From IMG/VR virus record IMGVR_UViG_3300027692_000001: a stretch of 64,000 bases of DNA. One strand, 5' to 3'. A program made the position numbers and the translations under genes. The first letter of the stretch is position 1, and every line of letters starts with the position of its first letter. This DNA is from a virus. Positions 23,488 to 32,887 of this stretch are shown here, piece by piece. The notes beneath the pieces are model-generated. The model was not told the DNA's origin, ran no database searches, and saw nothing but the letters and a program-made list of their open reading frames with translations.

Positions 23488-24111
23488 GTGGACCGCGCCC
23501 CTATCACGGTAATCACCGCATCCATCCCCGGCCGTGAGGAGTTGCTTGGTGCGACCCTCGCCAGCGTCTACAACCAGCGAACTCCGGTCGAAAGCCACTT
23601 GGTAATGGCCCAGACCATCACGCCGGGGATGCCTGGCCCCCAGCACTGCGCGATCCAGCAGGGCTACCTCCTGCCCGCGGTCCGCAGCGAGTTCACAATG
23701 AGGCTCGCGGACGACGACCAGTTGCTCCCTAACTACGTCGAGACGATGCTCCCGTACCTGGACCAGGCCGATGTGCTCTACGCGTGGGACGCCAACGGCA
23801 GTAGGCCCCGCGTGAACTGCAACGACTGGGGTCACTCGCGCGTACTCTCAACTCTTGAGAGTTCCAACTGGATAGACGGCTCGGCAGTCCTGATGCGTAC
23901 AGAGATCCTCCGGTCCTTCGGAGGCTGGCCCACTGAATGGGAGGGAGCTGGGTTGTTCCAGGGCGGCCACTTCGCTGGGTATCAGAGTGGGTACGACGAC
24001 CAGACCGTGTTCTACTGCATGGCTAAGGCCGGCGCTCGGTTCCTCTGCGTGGAGCAAGAACTCTGGGCCTACGGGACTGGCCCCTGGAGCCGGCTCAGCA
24101 CTGGAGGTTGA
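23488..24111 (+). CDS. glycosyltransferase family 2
   Basis: ITVITASIPGREELLGATLASVYNQ and LADDDQL (DxD). Confidence 0.65.
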   Translation: MDRAPITVITASIPGREELLGATLASVYNQRTPVESHLVMAQTITPGMPGPQHCAIQQGYLLPAVRSEFTMRLADDDQLLPNYVETMLPYLDQADVLYAWDANGSRPRVNCNDWGHSRVLSTLESSNWIDGSAVLMRTEILRSFGGWPTEWEGAGLFQGGHFAGYQSGYDDQTVFYCMAKAGARFLCVEQELWAYGTGPWSRLSTGG

Positions 24112-24112
24112 C

Positions 24113-24748
24113 GTGCCCGCCGTCGGCATCCTCATCCCTGCGATGCGCGCCCACAAGATCCCCGCGCTGATCGACAATATCGAAGCTGTCACCCCCGCCA
24201 AGCACAAGGTCTACTGGGCCGCCGCCCTAGACAGTGAGTGCGCTGGGGTCCTCAAAGCCCTCAAGCAGGAGGTCTTGCTTGACAAGGGAGGGTCCTGGCC
24301 GGTCAGGATCAATGCCCTCTACAAAATGAGCAAAGAGCCCTACGTCTTCCTCGGCGCCGACGACCTCCTGTACCACCCCGAGTGGTACGAGCGGGCCCTT
24401 GAGTGCATGGAGAGGGTCGAGAACTGCGGTGTCGTATCGGTCAACGACCTGAACAACCCCTACGGCACCTCATCGCTCATCTCACGGGAGTACATCAAGA
24501 CCTTCGGCGGGACGATGGACGGCAGCGGCCCGATCATCCACCCCGGCTACCACCACAACTGGTGCGACACCGAACTGCGTCAAACAGGTGAACACCGCGG
24601 GCGGTGGGTCTACTGCGAGCACTCCATCGTGGAACACATACACCACGACAATAAGAAGGCCCCTTACGACGAGGTGTACGCCCTCGGGGACAAGCACCTC
24701 GCGGAAGACGTTGAGTTGTTCTTCTCCCGCCACCCGCTGTGGGCGTGA
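24113..24748 (+). CDS. glycosyltransferase-like protein
   Basis: GTG 2 nt after the previous stop. VGILIPAMR...FLGADDLLY has a GT-A-like layout. Confidence 0.5.
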   Translation: MPAVGILIPAMRAHKIPALIDNIEAVTPAKHKVYWAAALDSECAGVLKALKQEVLLDKGGSWPVRINALYKMSKEPYVFLGADDLLYHPEWYERALECMERVENCGVVSVNDLNNPYGTSSLISREYIKTFGGTMDGSGPIIHPGYHHNWCDTELRQTGEHRGRWVYCEHSIVEHIHHDNKKAPYDEVYALGDKHLAEDVELFFSRHPLWA

Positions 24749-25362
24749 GTGTCCCCGCGTTCGTCATTGTCAGAGACAGGCTCACCGACCTCAAGGCCCT
24801 CGTTGAGTGGCTAGAGCGCGCAGGGCACGACCGGATCACCTTTTTAGACAACGACTCGACCTGGCCTCCGCTGCTCGAGTACCTCGAAAAGACCCCGCAC
24901 AAGGTCATCTACTTCGGGCAGAACATGGGCCCTCACGTCCTGTGGGACTGGGACGTGCCCGACGAGTACTTCATCTACACCGACCCTGACGTGGTACCCC
25001 ACGAGGACTGCCCCCTCGACGCGGTGGACCACCTCCGCTGGCTCTTGGACAACCATGACGTGCCCAAGGCTGGGCTGGGGCTGCACATCGACGACGTAGT
25101 GCCGACCCCGCAACTGCGATGGGAGTGGGAGCTCCACCATGAACACCGCTGGCGCGGGGATTGCTACGACTCACCCGTAGACACGACGTTCGCCCTGTAC
25201 CGCCCCAGCTCTCCGCGCTCGCTCATCGCAGTCCGTTCCGCCTTCCCGTATGAGGTGCGCCACATGCCCTGGTACCGCCGCAACGACCTGACGGAGGAAG
25301 ATGTCCACTACTTCTCTCGGGCGTCTGGTGCGTCAACCTGGAAGCCGCAGATAGGACGATGA
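24745..25362 (+). CDS. hypothetical protein of the glycosylation island
   Basis: GTGA overlap. AFVIVRDRL...ITFLDNDST...YTDPDVVP has a GT-like acidic-motif pattern. Confidence 0.5.
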   Translation: MSVPAFVIVRDRLTDLKALVEWLERAGHDRITFLDNDSTWPPLLEYLEKTPHKVIYFGQNMGPHVLWDWDVPDEYFIYTDPDVVPHEDCPLDAVDHLRWLLDNHDVPKAGLGLHIDDVVPTPQLRWEWELHHEHRWRGDCYDSPVDTTFALYRPSSPRSLIAVRSAFPYEVRHMPWYRRNDLTEEDVHYFSRASGASTWKPQIGR

Positions 25363-26213
25363 GGGCCCTAGTCACTGGGCACGCGGGGTTTGTGGGGAGG
25401 AACTTCGCCAAGAGGCTCATCTCCGATGGTTGGGAGGTCACAGGGGTTGACCTGCGACCAAGCGACACTGGGAGATCGGTGCAAGCCGACTGCCGGGACT
25501 TCTTCACCGTCAGCGACGGGTATGACCTCCTAGTTCACTGCGCCGCCGTCATAGGCAGCCGGCAGGAGCGCGACGAGAACCCGCTGCTCGTGTACGAAGA
25601 CCTCTCGATCGACCAGCAAGCCATCGCTTGGTGCCACGAGACGGGGACACCGCTGTTCTACTTCTCTTCCTCGGCTGCTTACCCGACAGATCTAACGGGC
25701 CCTTTCAAGGAGTGGGTCCTTGCGCCCGAGCACATCTGGGCACCGGACGCTGCCTATGGGTTCATCAAGCTCGTTGGGGAGCGCCAGTGCCGGGAGCTAC
25801 GGAAGCTTGGAGGGACCGTCTACATCGTTCGCCCCTTCTCTGGCTACGGTGCAGACCAGTCCTTGGACTACCCCTTCCCCTCGATCCTGAAGCGGGCCGT
25901 GGCTAAGGAAGATCCTCTGACCGTGTGGAGCGACGTCGAGCGCGATTTCATCCACATCGACGACGTAGTGAGCGCGTGCCTGACGATGGTCGACAAGGCC
26001 ATCTTCGGGCCGGTGAACATCGGCTCAGGTATCCCGACCAAGATGACCGAGCTCGCGCGGTTGGCGGCGCAAACGGTGGGTTACGACCCAGAGATCAGAG
26101 TGCTGGGCAAGTCGGTCGGCCCCGACCACCGCTTTGCCGACACGGCCAAGATGCAGGAGTTCTACGAACCAACGATCTCGCTCACTGAGGGCGTCCGAAT
26201 GAGTGTGGGATAA
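25359..26213 (+). CDS. NAD-dependent epimerase/dehydratase (SDR), second copy
   Basis: ALVTGHAGFVGRNF Rossmann motif and YGFIK (YxxxK). Confidence 0.8.
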   Translation: MRALVTGHAGFVGRNFAKRLISDGWEVTGVDLRPSDTGRSVQADCRDFFTVSDGYDLLVHCAAVIGSRQERDENPLLVYEDLSIDQQAIAWCHETGTPLFYFSSSAAYPTDLTGPFKEWVLAPEHIWAPDAAYGFIKLVGERQCRELRKLGGTVYIVRPFSGYGADQSLDYPFPSILKRAVAKEDPLTVWSDVERDFIHIDDVVSACLTMVDKAIFGPVNIGSGIPTKMTELARLAAQTVGYDPEIRVLGKSVGPDHRFADTAKMQEFYEPTISLTEGVRMSVG

Positions 26214-26223
26214 GGAGGGACCT

Positions 26224-26838
26224 ATGTGCGTCACTTGCGGTTGTGGGTCCCCCTTTGACGGGAACGGGGACGGGCGGAACATCACCATGGGCCGGCTCTT
26301 GTCGGCTGCCGACGCGGCTGGGATACCCATCGAACAGGCGGCTAAGAACGTCATGGCCACGGTCCTGATGCGCGTCAACAAGGAAGCTGGCACTGACCTC
26401 GCTGCCTGTCGCGTTGTCAAGGCGTCCGAGGAACGCCGCTACACCTTGGGTGTGGCTTATCCCGCCATGAAGGCCGACGTTTCCCGTGCCGCGGACGGCA
26501 AGAGGGACTTCGTTTCCCCCGAGGTGCTTGAAAAGACCGCTTGGAGTTGGATGGCCAAGCATCGCGACATCAACCTGTTCCACCGCAGTGACGAAGCCTC
26601 GACCGGTCATGGGACTGTCGTTGAGAGCTACATCTACCGTGGGCCGGACTGGGTACAAGACAGTCCCGTTGACGGCAAGCCCTACGTTGTCAAGGCGGGG
26701 GACTGGTGTCTGGCGTGTGTTTGGGATGAGTTCGGCTGGGCGCTTGTGAAAGCTGGCCTAGTCAATGGCTGGTCCCCTGAGGGCACTGCCCGTCGCTCCA
26801 TTCCAAGTCCCGAGCGGCTAGCGCTTCTAAGGAGCTGA
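26224..26838 (+). CDS. XkdF-like putative prohead serine protease
   Basis: ATG after AAGGAGGGA. RYTLGVAYPA...DFVSPEVLEKTAWSWM...INLFH...GDWCLACVWDE...GWSPEG resembles the PBSX XkdF family. Confidence 0.6.
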   Translation: MCVTCGCGSPFDGNGDGRNITMGRLLSAADAAGIPIEQAAKNVMATVLMRVNKEAGTDLAACRVVKASEERRYTLGVAYPAMKADVSRAADGKRDFVSPEVLEKTAWSWMAKHRDINLFHRSDEASTGHGTVVESYIYRGPDWVQDSPVDGKPYVVKAGDWCLACVWDEFGWALVKAGLVNGWSPEGTARRSIPSPERLALLRS

Positions 26839-26839
26839 T

Positions 26840-28618
26840 ATGGAAACTGCAATCACCGAACTGGAAGAGCTAGGGGCCGAGAAGGTCAGTGGAGTGGGGA
26901 GCCCTGCCAATGGCACGCCCTGGCTCCTGCTCAAGTCCACCGACGTCGAGGCCGACCCGAACTCGCCGCACACGTCATCCCCTGAGGCTGATGCTCAGGA
27001 AGCGGAGATGACCAAAGCGGAGGCCGATGAGATCGAGGCTCTGCTCACCAAGGCCGAGAGCGCTGGCTTCTGCTACGTGGACGACTGCGAAGTATGCAAG
27101 GACCACTTCGGCCCACTCCACGACGAACTGCTCAAGCGCAAGCTGAGGATGAAGGACCGTCGAGCGCTACCCAAGGGCGACTTCGCCGTGCCCGCCAAGG
27201 CACCTGCGAGCGGCAGCTACCCGATCAACGACGAGAGCCATGCTCGCAACGCCCTGTCTCGAGCCTCTGGTAAGCCCGTAGAGGCTCAGGTGCGCGCCGC
27301 GGTCCACCGGAAGTACCCGAACATCGGTGCCGAGAAGGAGCGCCTTGAGAAGTCCCCTGGCGTGCCTGACGAGTCGGTCCAGGCGCCCAAGGAGAAGGGC
27401 CACCTCGCCACAGGGCAGTCCGGTCTCGCTGGCCCTGTCACTGCGGGCCATGTCCGACCCGACAACAGCCCGTCTTATGAGGTCGGTGGCAAGACCCCCT
27501 ACATCATCCCCGACGAGGCCAAGGTGACGAACAACCCTCCCTTTGAGCGCCGCCCCCGTCAGGAAGCAATGCCTCAGGGTTCCGAGGACATGGGCAAGGA
27601 GTCTTGGGAGATCGAGGTCGTGGACAAGCAGAACTGGGTCAGTCTCGACAACAACCCCGCTATGGCCTCTGAGATGCCCCAGGAGCCTTCGGTCCAGTCT
27701 GCTAACGCAACAGTGCTCGACCGGATCGTCTGCGCCTACGTGGCCCTCAAAGAGGCAATGGCGGCACAGAAGGCTGACCCCGACGGGATGACCGATCCCC
27801 TCGATGCTCAGGTGTGGGCGCACCTCGAAGACGTGTGCGCCACTCTGAAGAACGCTCTCATTGACCAAGCCCTGGACAGCGTTGGCATAGACGCCGCTCT
27901 GCTCAAGGCCGAGAACCTCCTCACCAAACTTGGTGGGGCCGACACAACCGCCGGCAACGGCGCCCGAACCTCCGAGGAGGAGAACATTATGACCACCGTC
28001 ACCAAGGAGGATCTCACCGCACTTGTAAGTGAGACCGCTGGTGCTGCTGCTGTCGCGGCTGTCAAAGAAGCGCTGAAGGCTGAGCGCAAGGCCGAAAAGG
28101 CCAAGATGAAGGGCAAGATGAAGGGCAAGAAGCCGCCTTTCATGCCAGCCGAGAAGAATGCCAACAACGGCGGGGATATTACCCGTGAGCAGGAAGAGGC
28201 TGGCGTCAAGGGCGAGAACAAGGCCAACGATGTGAACTCAGTTGGTGGCCCAGTCGACAGCCAATATGTCAACAAGGAAAAGACAGGTAAGAAAGACAAG
28301 GCGATCAAGCAGCTCGTGGAGGCCCAGGCCGCAGAACTCGGCGAGGTCAAAGGGTTGCTTGAGAAGATGTCGAAGCGTCCCCGTTCTGGGGGCCCGTTCC
28401 TCGGAGTAGCCGCTAGCGGGGCCTTCCCGGCCGCCGAAGGGCGACACAGCGAGAGCGTGGCCAAGAGTGCAGAGGATGCCGAACTCGAGCCTCTCCTGAA
28501 GGAGATCGAGCAGATGGGAGGCAAGCCGGGGTGGGACAACGCCCAGCGGTACGCCGACCTTCAACAGCAAGCCACCCTTATTCGGCTTCGCAACGCTCGT
28601 CTCAACAGCCTGCTCTGA
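26840..28618 (+). CDS. scaffolding-like protein
   Basis: 592 aa, charged, coiled-coil-rich, between the protease and the capsid gene. Contains a YPINDESHARNALSRA motif seen in phage head-assembly proteins. Confidence 0.5.
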   Translation: METAITELEELGAEKVSGVGSPANGTPWLLLKSTDVEADPNSPHTSSPEADAQEAEMTKAEADEIEALLTKAESAGFCYVDDCEVCKDHFGPLHDELLKRKLRMKDRRALPKGDFAVPAKAPASGSYPINDESHARNALSRASGKPVEAQVRAAVHRKYPNIGAEKERLEKSPGVPDESVQAPKEKGHLATGQSGLAGPVTAGHVRPDNSPSYEVGGKTPYIIPDEAKVTNNPPFERRPRQEAMPQGSEDMGKESWEIEVVDKQNWVSLDNNPAMASEMPQEPSVQSANATVLDRIVCAYVALKEAMAAQKADPDGMTDPLDAQVWAHLEDVCATLKNALIDQALDSVGIDAALLKAENLLTKLGGADTTAGNGARTSEEENIMTTVTKEDLTALVSETAGAAAVAAVKEALKAERKAEKAKMKGKMKGKKPPFMPAEKNANNGGDITREQEEAGVKGENKANDVNSVGGPVDSQYVNKEKTGKKDKAIKQLVEAQAAELGEVKGLLEKMSKRPRSGGPFLGVAASGAFPAAEGRHSESVAKSAEDAELEPLLKEIEQMGGKPGWDNAQRYADLQQQATLIRLRNARLNSLL

Positions 28619-28685
28619 TCCGTCCCATAAATCAGCACCAACGCGACCGGCTTAGGTCGTCGCGCCCCAGAACGAAGGAGAACCA

Positions 28686-30185
28686 ATGCCTCCCGGTGCA
28701 ACTGCCGACATCGAACTCCTAACTAAGGAGACGATGGAAATCTTCAAGAAGGCCCAGACCACGGGCCTTTACGCCTCTACGGGTATCCAGGGCGTAGACC
28801 TCTCAGGGCTTGTCAGCCTTGTCCCGGTCAACGTGCCGGCCCGTAATAACACGAGCGCCTTCCCTCGCGTCATTGCTGGCGAAGGCTCCCAGACTGCCAC
28901 TTGGCGGTCGCTGCTCAACGTCAACAGCTCGCAGACCGACGCCGCGGTAGGCATCGACTACGCAGGCTCGCTGACGATCCTCGACGAGCAGGACTGCTTC
29001 GCGACCTACAAGGTCCTCGCGAAGGCCAACCGCGTCACCCTTGACGCTGTGGCGTTCGCCCGGAACTACGCCGATGCTCTTGCCGTTGCCGAGCTCCAGA
29101 CGCTGAACCAACTGTTCATCGCCCAGGATCTCTACATCATCAACGGGCAGAACTGGGCGCTCGGTACCCCGGCTGGCCCTCTCACTCTGACCCCGGCAGC
29201 CACAGGCGGTTCGATCGCCTCGGGCACCGTCGTTTACGTGTCGGTCGCAGCGAAGTCCGGTGCCAACTACTTCGTCAACAACGGCAACTCGCCGGCTCTG
29301 ACGGGGCACACCACGGTTGGTACGACGAGTTCCACCAATACCCTCACGGCCTCCATCCCGGCAGTCAAGGGCGCGGTGGCCTACGACTGGTATGTCGGGA
29401 CTTCCGCGGCGCAGTACTACTACACGACCACGACCGTCGCCCAGGCGACCTTCACGAGCGTGTATACCGCTGCCCAAGCCCCCCCGACGACCCTGCCGTT
29501 GTTCACCACTCTGGCGAACCCTCCGTCGACGGCCCCCACGGCCGACACGAGCTACAACGCGGCCAACTGGTACAACGGGATCATCGCCTCCACCTTGGGC
29601 GACTACGGCTCACTCGGGCCCGTAACGCCTGGGACTGGAACGGCCACAGGGGCCATCTTCATCGACAATGGTGGCAATGCCCCGAACCTCTCGGGCGGCG
29701 GCATCGACATCTTGGACACCATCAACGACAAGATCTGGGCGAGCGTCCAGCTCTCGCCGACGGCCTACATGATGAACTCGCTCCAGGGCGACGAAATCTC
29801 CAAGGCCATCTTGGCGTCGAGCTCCGCGACCACGTTCCTGCCTCCCACGGATGCCGACGCTAGGACGAACCTGGCGGGCGGCGGCTACATCGGGCGGTAC
29901 ATCAACCGTGCTGCGGGAGGTGTTCCCGTCGCGATCGAGATCCACCCGAGGATGGCACCGGGGACGATCTTCGCAAGGTGCGACCGGGTGCCGTTCCCGG
30001 GGAGCAATATCGGGAGCGTGTTTGAGGTCAGGGCGCAATACGACACAATGCGCTTTGACTACTCTGCCAACATGACCCAGAACAGCCTCGGCGGCGGCCC
30101 CAGGTACGATTTTGAGATCAGAAGCAACGAAGTGCTGGTCAACCGTGCCCCGGTGGCCCAGGCCGTCGCCTGCAACATCGCCTAA
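28686..30185 (+). CDS. major capsid protein with Thr/Ser/Ala-rich insertion
   Basis: 499 aa with a strong SD (GAAGGAGAA), sited after the scaffold gene. There is an insertion of about 130 aa (nt ~29160-29560) rich in T/S/A. Confidence 0.65.
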   Translation: MPPGATADIELLTKETMEIFKKAQTTGLYASTGIQGVDLSGLVSLVPVNVPARNNTSAFPRVIAGEGSQTATWRSLLNVNSSQTDAAVGIDYAGSLTILDEQDCFATYKVLAKANRVTLDAVAFARNYADALAVAELQTLNQLFIAQDLYIINGQNWALGTPAGPLTLTPAATGGSIASGTVVYVSVAAKSGANYFVNNGNSPALTGHTTVGTTSSTNTLTASIPAVKGAVAYDWYVGTSAAQYYYTTTTVAQATFTSVYTAAQAPPTTLPLFTTLANPPSTAPTADTSYNAANWYNGIIASTLGDYGSLGPVTPGTGTATGAIFIDNGGNAPNLSGGGIDILDTINDKIWASVQLSPTAYMMNSLQGDEISKAILASSSATTFLPPTDADARTNLAGGGYIGRYINRAAGGVPVAIEIHPRMAPGTIFARCDRVPFPGSNIGSVFEVRAQYDTMRFDYSANMTQNSLGGGPRYDFEIRSNEVLVNRAPVAQAVACNIA

Positions 30186-30227
30186 TCGCACTTGCGAAGT
30201 CGGTGATACTGTTATAAACTCTGGTAC

Positions 30228-31034
30228 ATGAAGACATGTGCCGAGTGCCACACTCCCAAACCGCTTGATGATTTCAAGCGTCACGCAGCCTCACCCGACG
30301 GCCACACCTACATCTGCAAGGACTGTTTGCGTGGCCGTCGGGAGTCGCTGTCCCACCTCACCCCAGAAGAACGCCGACAGCGGCGCAGCGAGACCTTCAA
30401 GAAGCGTTATGCGTCCGACCCGGAGTTTCGGGACAGGCTTAGGGGCCATCGGCGTAAGTCCAACTATGGTGTGCCGCCCGAGGTCTACCAGGCCCTCCTA
30501 GACCGGCAGGGCGGGGACTGTGCCATTTGCCACCAGCCAACTGAGAACGGATTCGGCCAGCGTGGTTTTCATCTTGACCACGACCATGAGACCGGGCAGA
30601 TCCGAGGTCTTCTGTGTCTCGGTTGCAACACGGGGCTAGGAGGGTTCGCCGACGATCCCGTCCGACTCCGCTCAGCCATCCGCTATCTGGCAGCCGTCCG
30701 TGAGCCGTTGGTGGTTAAACGAGCGTCTCCTAAAGTCCGTGCCCAATGCGGCACTGTTAGCGGCTACATGCGTCATCGTCGGCTGAACGAAGAGAAGTGT
30801 GACGCGTGCCGAGAAGCCTGGTCTAAGTACAACTCCAGCAAGGCATGGGAACGTCGCAAAGCCCCTGAGGACCTAAAGCGCCGTAAGGTAGCCGTGTGCG
30901 GGACGAGCAGCGGCTATACGGCCCATTTCAACCGAGGCGAGCCGGTGTGTGACGCTTGCCGCGCAGCCCGTGCCGTCTATCAGAAAGATCGCAAGGCAAA
31001 GAAGCAGCCTCTCCCCAGCCCCTCCGTTCCCTAG
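30228..31034 (+). CDS. HNH / endonuclease VII-type nuclease with duplicated Cys motif
   Basis: GGDCAICHQ...FHLDHDHETGQIRGLLCLGCNTGLG is the recombination endonuclease VII HNH core. Two C-terminal CGT.SGY..H....E..CDACR repeats. An AT-rich patch lies upstream (30205-30220). Confidence 0.8.
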   Translation: MKTCAECHTPKPLDDFKRHAASPDGHTYICKDCLRGRRESLSHLTPEERRQRRSETFKKRYASDPEFRDRLRGHRRKSNYGVPPEVYQALLDRQGGDCAICHQPTENGFGQRGFHLDHDHETGQIRGLLCLGCNTGLGGFADDPVRLRSAIRYLAAVREPLVVKRASPKVRAQCGTVSGYMRHRRLNEEKCDACREAWSKYNSSKAWERRKAPEDLKRRKVAVCGTSSGYTAHFNRGEPVCDACRAARAVYQKDRKAKKQPLPSPSVP

Positions 31035-31070
31035 GTGCGCTGGGGGGAGGCCCAAACAAAGGGAACGAAC

Positions 31071-31367
31071 ATGCAGATTTACCACGTCGAAGAAAAACCC
31101 CACAACCGCTTCGTCCTAGACCCTGACCTCGGCCAGGTCATGCGCCGAGAGATGGTGATGAAAGCCTCCTCCGTCGAAAAGATCGACCGCGGCGGCAAGG
31201 TCTTCGAGCTTCTGCCCGACGGCACCTTTGACGTCGATCAGGAGACCGCCCGCTACCTGCTCTCCCGCCCCGGTTGGCACGAGGGCGACAACCCCTTCTA
31301 CGCCGACGTTGAGATCGAGCCCGCGCGCCCCCCCAAGCTGTCAAAGGCCGGCGCACGCGCGTCGTAA
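31071..31367 (+). CDS. hypothetical protein
   Basis: ATG after CAAAGGGAACGAAC, nearly identical to the SD region at 1250. 98 aa. Confidence 0.55.
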   Translation: MQIYHVEEKPHNRFVLDPDLGQVMRREMVMKASSVEKIDRGGKVFELLPDGTFDVDQETARYLLSRPGWHEGDNPFYADVEIEPARPPKLSKAGARAS

Positions 31368-31375
31368 CCTGAGCC

Positions 31376-31825
31376 ATGTCCCTCGAAAAACGATTGGAGA
31401 AAGTAATGACCGCTCTTGACGACCTCAACCAGGCAGTGGCCGCCGTCAGCACGACCACCTCGTCCCTCAGCACCGCCGTAGCTGGGCTCATCGCCGAACT
31501 GCTTCAAAGCGGCGGCACCTCAGCCGAGATCGAAGCAGCCACGGCCCAGGTCCAAGGGGTCAACACGACCCTGACCAACCTGCTCGGCACCATCCCCCCT
31601 CCTCCCTCAAGCCCTCAAGCCTTCGACCCGGCGAGCAACCTGGCTCTCTACAGCTACCTCGGGGCCCCTCCCGTCCCATCGGACTGGACGGCCGTCACCG
31701 ATGTCACCGGTACAGGCGGCGAGACCCTCTACACCTTCTCGGGCGACACCGCAGGCGCGGCTCCGACTGGAGCACAAGCTGGCGTGTGGGTGCCCTACAC
31801 GGGCGCTCTCACCACCGTCGCCTAG
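31376..31825 (+). CDS. hypothetical coiled-coil/Pro-rich protein
   Basis: 149-aa ORF with good GC3. Confidence 0.55.
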   Translation: MSLEKRLEKVMTALDDLNQAVAAVSTTTSSLSTAVAGLIAELLQSGGTSAEIEAATAQVQGVNTTLTNLLGTIPPPPSSPQAFDPASNLALYSYLGAPPVPSDWTAVTDVTGTGGETLYTFSGDTAGAAPTGAQAGVWVPYTGALTTVA

Positions 31826-32359
31826 TTGAGGGTTGTCGTACCGTTCGTCGACCTTCACCCCAAGACTCGGGAGTCGGTAGCCCTCTACGCCCCCACCGCC
31901 GAGCTCATAGAACTCTCTCGGGCCGACGACGCCTACTACAAGGTGCTCGCCGGCCTGTGGGAGGGGGGCGACACTTTCTTGGTGATCGAACAGGACAATG
32001 AGGTCCATGCGACCGTAGTACCCGAGTCCGAGGCCTGTCCTGAACCCTGGTGTGTATGGCCATACCCCGGCCCCGCTGGTGCCACTGGAGACTGTCTCAC
32101 CTACTACTCCCTCGGCTGTACGAAGTTCTCCGCTGACCTGTTAGCCAAGGCCCCTACGTTGATGGCCGACCTTCCCTCCCACGACTGGCGAAGGCTGGAC
32201 GCCCTAATGCTCCCCCTGCTCCGCGAAGCCGTCGGAGAACCCCACTGGCACATCCCCCCGGTCAACCATCACCATGTGCGACCATGGGTGCTGCAACGCC
32301 GCTGCGACTGCGGTGGCATCCTTGAAGAAGGGACGACATCATGCCTTTCCCCCTGTTGA
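31826..32359 (+). CDS. conserved protein, paralog 1 (possible GT-A-like transferase)
   Basis: Shares FLVIE(Q/E)D, ACPEPWC, LGCT(K/R)FS, DW(R/K)RLD and HHH blocks with 33335-33826. Confidence 0.6.
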   Translation: MRVVVPFVDLHPKTRESVALYAPTAELIELSRADDAYYKVLAGLWEGGDTFLVIEQDNEVHATVVPESEACPEPWCVWPYPGPAGATGDCLTYYSLGCTKFSADLLAKAPTLMADLPSHDWRRLDALMLPLLREAVGEPHWHIPPVNHHHVRPWVLQRRCDCGGILEEGTTSCLSPC

Positions 32360-32541
32360 AAATCGATGGGTCCTCTCCGGACGCCTTCATTTACCTTGAC
32401 GGAGTTCCACAGACCCATTTCACGTCCCTTCACCTTGAGCTTCTGCCTTCGATAGCTGGCGAGCCCCGCGGAAAGGTGACGGCTACCTTCCTGGCACGAG
32501 TTGACGTGACCGACCTACCAGTTGTCGTACAGGAGGCCTAG
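32341..32541 (+). CDS. hypothetical protein
   Basis: 66-aa ORF overlapping the previous gene by 19 nt. Confidence 0.45.
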   Translation: MPFPLLKIDGSSPDAFIYLDGVPQTHFTSLHLELLPSIAGEPRGKVTATFLARVDVTDLPVVVQEA

Positions 32542-32565
32542 CCGCGCGCCACAGAGGCGCTGTGA

Positions 32566-32593
32566 TTGCGGGGAGTGTTGCCCTAGCTATAGT
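32566..32593 (+). promoter_or_regulatory. possible internal promoter
   Basis: TTGCGG, 16 nt, TATAGT in a 160-nt low-coding stretch inside the late region. Confidence 0.35.
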
Positions 32594-32704
32594 GGGGGTC
32601 GTCGGTTAGATCCCGCCGAGGGTGCCATGGTGCGCAGGGAGATCCTGCGACAGGGTTTGATAATGTCCCGTCATGAAACAGCACCCCTCGACTTAGGAGG
32701 CTTG

Positions 32705-32887
32705 ATGACCACTACAGATACCCAGCCATTGACCGAGCAACCCCGACGCTGGCGTTGTGGGTGGTGCGGCACGGAAGGGGTAGCCCCGTCTCAGTACGAA
32801 GCGCAGATGGCGTCGATCAAGCATGTTGAGGACGCGCGCCACATCGAGCTAGGGCACCCCACGCTGCCCGTGGACTATGTGCGCTGA
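32705..32887 (+). CDS. hypothetical zinc-ribbon-like protein
   Basis: ATG after TAGGAGG. 60 aa with WRCGWCG. Confidence 0.45.
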   Translation: MTTTDTQPLTEQPRRWRCGWCGTEGVAPSQYEAQMASIKHVEDARHIELGHPTLPVDYVR

